Source: a bacterium
GTDB lineage: Bacteria > Patescibacteriota > Minisyncoccia > Minisyncoccales > UBA10102
Length of the DNA stretch: 42,853 bases
Assembly: GCA_027624865.1 (NCBI GenBank)
Contig: JAQBTT010000003.1
Location: 1-42,853 of the forward strand
Reading direction: 5' to 3'
Both the position numbers and the translations under genes were made by a program. Shown here one piece after another: positions 36,606-42,853 of the stretch; positions within the stretch are counted from its first letter, which is position 1, and each line of letters begins with the position of its first letter. A model generated the notes under the pieces. That model searched no databases. It had not been told where the DNA came from and was given only the letters and a program-made list of their open reading frames with translations.

Positions 36606-39575
36606 ATGGCTCAAGACTTCATCACAATTAGGGGAGCTCGCGTACATAATCTTAAGAATATTGATGTTGATATTCCAAAGGGGAAACTTGTTGTTATAAC
36701 AGGGCTTTCTGGATCTGGGAAAAGTTCTCTTGCCTTTGACACACTGTATGCGGAAGGACAACGTAGGTACGTTGAGAGTCTGAGCGCCTATGCTAGGCAA
36801 TTTCTTGGCATCATGCAAAAGCCTGATGTAGATAGCATTGAGGGCATTTCACCTGCTATTGCAATTGACCAAAGAAAGGGAGCACATAACCCAAGATCTA
36901 CTGTTGGAACCAGTACGGAGATTTATGATTACCTCCGTCTTTTATTTGCCAGAGTCGGTATTCCTCATTGCCCAAAGTGCAGAAAGGTGGTTTCCAAGCA
37001 ATCTGTTTCACAGATTGCAAGTCAGGTGCAAAAACTTCCAATGGGAAAAGAGATTTCTATTCTAGGTCCTGTTATTAAAGAAAAGAAAGGAGAACATCGC
37101 GGAGTACTAGAAGAGGTATTGCGTTCTGGGTTTGTGCGAGTTCGCGTGGATGGAATTGTAGAGCGCATTGAGGAAGCAATGGGACGCGAAATAGATGGCA
37201 AAAAGAAGCATTCCATTGAGGTTGTCGTAGATAGACTAACGATTGAAAAAGATTTGGATCGTCCTCGGCTTGTTGATTCTTTGGAAACCGCACTGAAACT
37301 TGGAAAGGGCATGGTGATAATAAATCACAAATCACAAATCACAAATCACAAACAAATCACAAATCCAAAAACACAAAACACAAATAATAAATCAGCATCA
37401 ATCAGTAGAAATCAGCATCAATCAGCGGCTGAAGACCTTGTCTTCAGCGAGCGGCTTGCTTGTGAGGAGTGCGGTATCTCATTGCCAGAGATTGAGCCTC
37501 GGGTATTTTCTTTTAACTCTCCTTTTGGAGCGTGTTTGTCTTGCCAGGGATTGGGAGAAAAATTGGAGGTTGATCCAAAATTGGTTATCCCCAACCCAAG
37601 ACTTTCCATTGCAGAGGGAGCTATTTTTCCTTGGGCTCACGCTTCACATAAAATTGGGAGGCAGGGATTCTTTTGGTGGAAGCTAGAAGACTTGGCAAAG
37701 GAGCGTAAGTTTTCGCTCAATAGTCCCGTGAAAGATCTCCCCTCTAGCGTGACAAAGTTAGTATTGCACGGAGATGGAGACTTTGAAGGGGTCATTCCTT
37801 GGCTCCAAAGACGCTACCATGAAACTGATTCTGAATATGCTCGGGAAGAAATTGAGCAGTACATGGTAGAGAAGATTTGCGAAGCATGCCAGGGGCAAAG
37901 ATTAAAACCAGAGGTTTTGGCAGTAACGGTTGGAGGAAAATCTATCCACGAAGTAGTAAGTCTTCAGTTAAATCATACAAAAGAGTTTTTTTCCAAGCTT
38001 GTATTAAAGGAGCATGAAAACAAAATTGCGCATCCCATTATTAAAGAAGTACTAAACAGACTACAGTTTTTAATTGATGTTGGGCTTGAGTATTTAACCT
38101 TGGCAAGAAAGGCAGGGACTTTGTCTGGAGGAGAGGAGCAGAGAATACGTCTTGCAACCCAGATTGGTTCCAAGCTTACTGGAGTACTATATATTTTAGA
38201 TGAGCCATCCATTGGACTCCATGCAAGAGATCAGCACGGGTTAATTGCAACATTAAAGCAACTTCGCTCGCTGGGAAATACCATTGTGGTTGTGGAACAT
38301 GATGCACAAACCATGGCAGCCGCTGATTGGATAATAGATATTGGCCCTGGAGCTGGAAAGCACGGAGGCAAGGTTACGTTTCGTGGTACCCCAAAGCAAC
38401 TATTAAAATCACATACCTTAACGGGAGACTATTTTTCAGGAAGAAAAACAGTAACGGTACAGCGCCGAACAACCGTTGCTTCCCCAGGGGAAGCAATCCC
38501 AGGAGGGGAAGCAACCCCAGGAAAAGGGCCATTGCTTCCCCTGGGGAAGCAATGGCCCTACTCAAAAGTAGGGTCAGACCCTACTTTGCAGATGGTTATT
38601 AAAGGGGCATCCCAAAACAATTTAAAAAATATTGATGTAAAAATTCCTTTAGGGAAGCTCGTATGTGTTACTGGGGTTTCAGGTTCAGGGAAGAGCTCTT
38701 TGGTAAATGATATCTTGGCAAAGGCATTGCTTAAAAAACTGTATCGGGCAAAGGAAGAACCAGGGGAACACAAAGCAATTGAGGGAGTTGAGAATGTAAA
38801 CAAAGTGGTGTTGGTAGATCAGTCGCCCATAGGAAGAACTCCAAGGAGCAACCCCGCAACCTATACAGGGGCCTTCTCTGTTGTGCGAGATTTATTTACA
38901 GGAACGAAAGAGGCAAGGATACGAGGGTATGCCTCAGGAAGATTTTCTTTTAACGTGAAAGGAGGAAGGTGTGAGTCATGTGAAGGACAGGGCTTAAAAA
39001 AGATTGAGATGTACTTTTTGCCAGATGTGTATGTTGAGTGTGAGGAGTGCCAAGGGAGAAGGTATATGAAGGAAGTGCTTGAGGTGCAGTATAAAGGAAA
39101 GAATATTGCAGAGGTACTGGACATGACTGTAGAGGAATCTTTGGACTTTTTCAAAAATGTTCCATCGCTTGCGCTAAGGCTAAAGACCTTAAACGATGTA
39201 GGACTTTCCTACGTTGAGCTAGGTCAGCCAGCGCCATCGCTGTCTGGTGGGGAAGCACAGCGAGTAAAACTGGCAACAGAACTTGCAAAGAAAGCAACAG
39301 GGAAGACTCTCTACATATTGGACGAGCCAACTACGGGGCTACATTTTGATGATGTACGAAAGCTTTTGCAGGTTTTAGGAGAACTTGTAGATAAAGGAAA
39401 CTCTGTGCTTGTTATAGAGCATAACCTTGACCTCATACGCGCTGCTGACTGGATTTTAGATTTGGGTCCTGAAGGAGGAGAGAAAGGAGGGCAACTCATT
39501 GCAGAGGGGACACCAAAAGATGTTGCGAAAGTAAAGAAGAGCTACACTGGGCAGTTCTTGCAAAAGACTAATTAG
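36606..39575 (+). CDS. uvrA: Excinuclease UvrA with two in-frame repeat-derived inserts
   Basis: [43 protein letters not shown], zinc fingers; ATG at 36606. Confidence 0.98.
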   Translation: MAQDFITIRGARVHNLKNIDVDIPKGKLVVITGLSGSGKSSLAFDTLYAEGQRRYVESLSAYARQFLGIMQKPDVDSIEGISPAIAIDQRKGAHNPRSTVGTSTEIYDYLRLLFARVGIPHCPKCRKVVSKQSVSQIASQVQKLPMGKEISILGPVIKEKKGEHRGVLEEVLRSGFVRVRVDGIVERIEEAMGREIDGKKKHSIEVVVDRLTIEKDLDRPRLVDSLETALKLGKGMVIINHKSQITNHKQITNPKTQNTNNKSASISRNQHQSAAEDLVFSERLACEECGISLPEIEPRVFSFNSPFGACLSCQGLGEKLEVDPKLVIPNPRLSIAEGAIFPWAHASHKIGRQGFFWWKLEDLAKERKFSLNSPVKDLPSSVTKLVLHGDGDFEGVIPWLQRRYHETDSEYAREEIEQYMVEKICEACQGQRLKPEVLAVTVGGKSIHEVVSLQLNHTKEFFSKLVLKEHENKIAHPIIKEVLNRLQFLIDVGLEYLTLARKAGTLSGGEEQRIRLATQIGSKLTGVLYILDEPSIGLHARDQHGLIATLKQLRSLGNTIVVVEHDAQTMAAADWIIDIGPGAGKHGGKVTFRGTPKQLLKSHTLTGDYFSGRKTVTVQRRTTVASPGEAIPGGEATPGKGPLLPLGKQWPYSKVGSDPTLQMVIKGASQNNLKNIDVKIPLGKLVCVTGVSGSGKSSLVNDILAKALLKKLYRAKEEPGEHKAIEGVENVNKVVLVDQSPIGRTPRSNPATYTGAFSVVRDLFTGTKEARIRGYASGRFSFNVKGGRCESCEGQGLKKIEMYFLPDVYVECEECQGRRYMKEVLEVQYKGKNIAEVLDMTVEESLDFFKNVPSLALRLKTLNDVGLSYVELGQPAPSLSGGEAQRVKLATELAKKATGKTLYILDEPTTGLHFDDVRKLLQVLGELVDKGNSVLVIEHNLDLIRAADWILDLGPEGGEKGGQLIAEGTPKDVAKVKKSYTGQFLQKTN
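37322..37427 (+). repeat. In-frame composite insert: AAATCAC heptamers plus aatcag units
   Basis: (aaatcac)x4-aaacaaatcac... then aatcagcatc-aatcagtaga-aatcagcatc-aatcagcg; encodes [35 protein letters not shown]. Confidence 0.9.
38476..38587. repeat. In-frame cluster of family-C and family-D palindromes in uvrA
   Basis: ttgcttccccaggggaagcaa 38476-38496; 35-nt palindrome 38525-38559; aaagtagggt-cag-accctacttt 38565-38587. Confidence 0.92.
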
Positions 39576-39619
39576 TGTGGTATAGTTTTATTGCGTATTT
39601 TTACATAGAGGTGATTGAA

Positions 39620-39814
39620 ATGGCTGATTGGAAGTATGTCTTGAAGTGAGAGGTTGACCTTCCGGGGAAGGACTCTCCTATTGTTGACTTTAATGATGAA
39701 AAAAGGATCATTGAAGTTAGAGGAGATGCAGAGCTGGAGACTGTGAATCAAATTAAAGCCATTGTAGAGCGGATCGGAATAAACTATGAAGTCCGACAAC
39801 TCTCATTAAGCTAG
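39620..39814 (+). pseudogene. Small 64-codon ORF with an in-frame TGA at codon 10
   Basis: SD gaggtga upstream; MADWKYVLK*EVDLPGKDSPIVDFNDEKRIIEVRGD...; TGA 39647-39649. Confidence 0.4.
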
Positions 39815-39825
39815 CTCTTTGGAGG

Positions 39826-40239
39826 GTGAAAATGCCAAGCAAAAGACGCAGTAGTCGCTCAAGAGGAAAGGACGCGAGTAAACCGACAGCGCGGTTGCCA
39901 AAAAAGCCTTTGCTTCCTCCTCAAGATAGGGCGAGCAAGAAGAGTAAAGACTCTTCTCAAAAAGAAGTCGCTCCTTTACAAGTTTCTGCTCTAAAAGAGC
40001 CTATAGCAAAGCAGGATTCCAGGAAGTGGGTTGATTATTTTGACCCCAAAGACATCTTGACGCCGGGTCTTTGCTGTCAAGAACATCCAAAAGAAGCTAT
40101 CAAGGAGATTAGTGAGAGCGTCGCTTTTTGCAGAGTTTGTTTTCAAGTGTTGAGCTTGCAAGGAGAACCTTCTTTACAGCAAAGTAGGAAAAGAGGATTC
40201 CTGCAGAAGTTAAGGAGAACCTTCTTTACAGCAAAGTAG
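39826..40239 (+). CDS. Hypothetical basic protein with CxxH/CxxC (B-box-like) motif
   Basis: SD ggagg; CCQEHP...FCRVC; C-terminus altered by a 52-bp duplication. Confidence 0.5.
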   Translation: MKMPSKRRSSRSRGKDASKPTARLPKKPLLPPQDRASKKSKDSSQKEVAPLQVSALKEPIAKQDSRKWVDYFDPKDILTPGLCCQEHPKEAIKEISESVAFCRVCFQVLSLQGEPSLQQSRKRGFLQKLRRTFFTAK

Positions 40240-40263
40240 GAAAAGAGGATTCCTGCAGAAGTT
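40160..40263 (+). repeat. Perfect 52-bp tandem duplication
   Basis: 40160-40211 is identical to 40212-40263. Confidence 0.95.
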
Positions 40264-40325
40264 GCTGAGAATATAAATACGAAGCACACTTCTTTAAACC
40301 CCGTCGGTGCATGAAACAGGCGGGG

Positions 40326-40353
40326 TTGACTTTTTTCTAAAGTCTCGTAAAAT
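40326..40353 (+). promoter_or_regulatory. Probable sigma70 promoter of groESL
   Basis: TTGACT 40326-40331, 16-nt spacer, TAAAAT 40348-40353. Confidence 0.5.
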
Positions 40354-40410
40354 AAGGACTGCAAAGAGTGCTCAAAGGTACATAATATTATTAATCTATT
40401 ATCAAAAAGT

Positions 40411-40701
40411 ATGATCATCAAACCATTATCAGACCGCGTATTACTTGAGCCTTTAAAAGAAGAACAAAAGACTAAAACTGGCATCCTATTGCCAGAGACG
40501 GTGGAGCAGGAAAAGTCAGAGCAAGGAACTGTTATTGCAGTGGGCCCCGGTAAGAAGGGAAAGGATGGCAAGATAACTCCTTTGGACGTTAAGGTAGGAG
40601 ATATAGTATTGTATGCAAAGTATGGCCCAAATGAGATGAAGGTGGAAGGAAAAGACTACCTCATTGCAGAGGAGAAAGATATCTTAGCGATATTAGAATA
40701 A
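40411..40701 (+). CDS. groES: Co-chaperonin GroES
   Basis: IKPLSDRVL, TGILLP, GTVIAVGPG, EKDILAI. Confidence 0.98.
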   Translation: MIIKPLSDRVLLEPLKEEQKTKTGILLPETVEQEKSEQGTVIAVGPGKKGKDGKITPLDVKVGDIVLYAKYGPNEMKVEGKDYLIAEEKDILAILE

Positions 40702-40705
40702 CAAG

Positions 40706-42462
<1,757 letters not shown>

Positions 42463-42475
42463 CTCACGAGAATGT

Positions 42476-42537
42476 TGCCTAAGCTAAGCTTAGTTATCCC
42501 CACCTAAGCTAAGCTTAGGCAGACTAGCTTAAGCTAG
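42476..42537 (+). repeat. Two tandem family-A palindromes with a ttatccccac spacer, plus ctagcttaagctag
   Basis: Cores at 42479-42493 and 42504-42518. Confidence 0.9.
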
Positions 42538-42538
42538 G

Positions 42539-42574
42539 AACAACGCCGCCTTGTATGGGCGGTGTTGTTTTTTT
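42539..42574 (+). terminator. Rho-independent terminator of groESL
   Basis: aacaacgccgcc / ggcggtgttgtt followed by a T run. Confidence 0.8.
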
Positions 42575-42600
42575 AAGGATTATTGGTAAGATATAGCTAT

Positions 42601-42853
42601 ATGAATACTATACAAATTATTATCGTAGCCGTTGCCCTTATCGTTGTGTTTGCCGTGGTTACCTACAACCGTTTAATTGCTCTAAAAAATCGCGCAAAAG
42701 AGGCTTTCTCTGACATTGATGTACAGATGAAGCGAAGGTATAACTTAATTCCAAACTTGGTTGAGGCGGTGAAGGGGTATGCTGCTCATGAAAAGGGAGT
42801 ATTTGAATCGGTGACAAAAGCTCGGGCAAATGCACTTTCGGCAGAACAGACAG
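42601..42853 (+). CDS. lemA: LemA family protein, 3'-partial
   Basis: TM helix then [43 protein letters not shown]; not in the ORF track because it runs off the window. Confidence 0.93.
   Translation, partial: MNTIQIIIVAVALIVVFAVVTYNRLIALKNRAKEAFSDIDVQMKRRYNLIPNLVEAVKGYAAHEKGVFESVTKARANALSAEQT

Noticed and set aside
37322-38587. Inteins or introns in uvrA
   Set aside because: The inserts are about 35 aa, lack intein terminal motifs, and are explained by DNA repeats.
40348-40374. CIRCE operator upstream of groES
   Set aside because: Only a right-half-like gagtgctca is present; the left half is missing.

Overview
A 42.9 kb bacterial chromosomal segment in standard code 11. The compact RpoB/RpoC, gene content and mostly leaderless gene starts suggest Patescibacteria/CPR (Parcubacteria-like); this is an inference. 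The backbone is housekeeping: a transformation cluster (comF, dprA, comM, yraN), two membrane-plus-TPR paralogues, rpoBC, ftsK, recA, rpsR-ssb-rpsF, PMM/PGM, trpS, rnj, tRNA-Leu(CAG), an oligopeptide-binding protein, secG, uvrC, uvrA, groES-groEL and partial lemA. The unusual layer is a dense set of small self-complementary elements. (1) Two RAYT-like HUH/Y1 transposase genes are each flanked by their own REP-like palindrome family; family A (CTAAGC[T/A]AGCTTAG-type core) has 15 copies, often joined to a DnaA-box-like 9-mer. (2) A four-helix-bundle gene sits between inverted arms of 7-9 nt tandem units, and gene-less versions of these arms are scattered through the window. (3) Several element families are inserted in frame in dprA, uvrC (x3), uvrA (x2), comF, yraN, ssb and the rpoB tail, adding peptides such as PKLSLGAPKLSLG. 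Three accessory genes carry single in-frame stops, and a displaced tRNA 3' half has two hairpins in its T-loop. All family calls come from motif recognition by eye; no searches were run.
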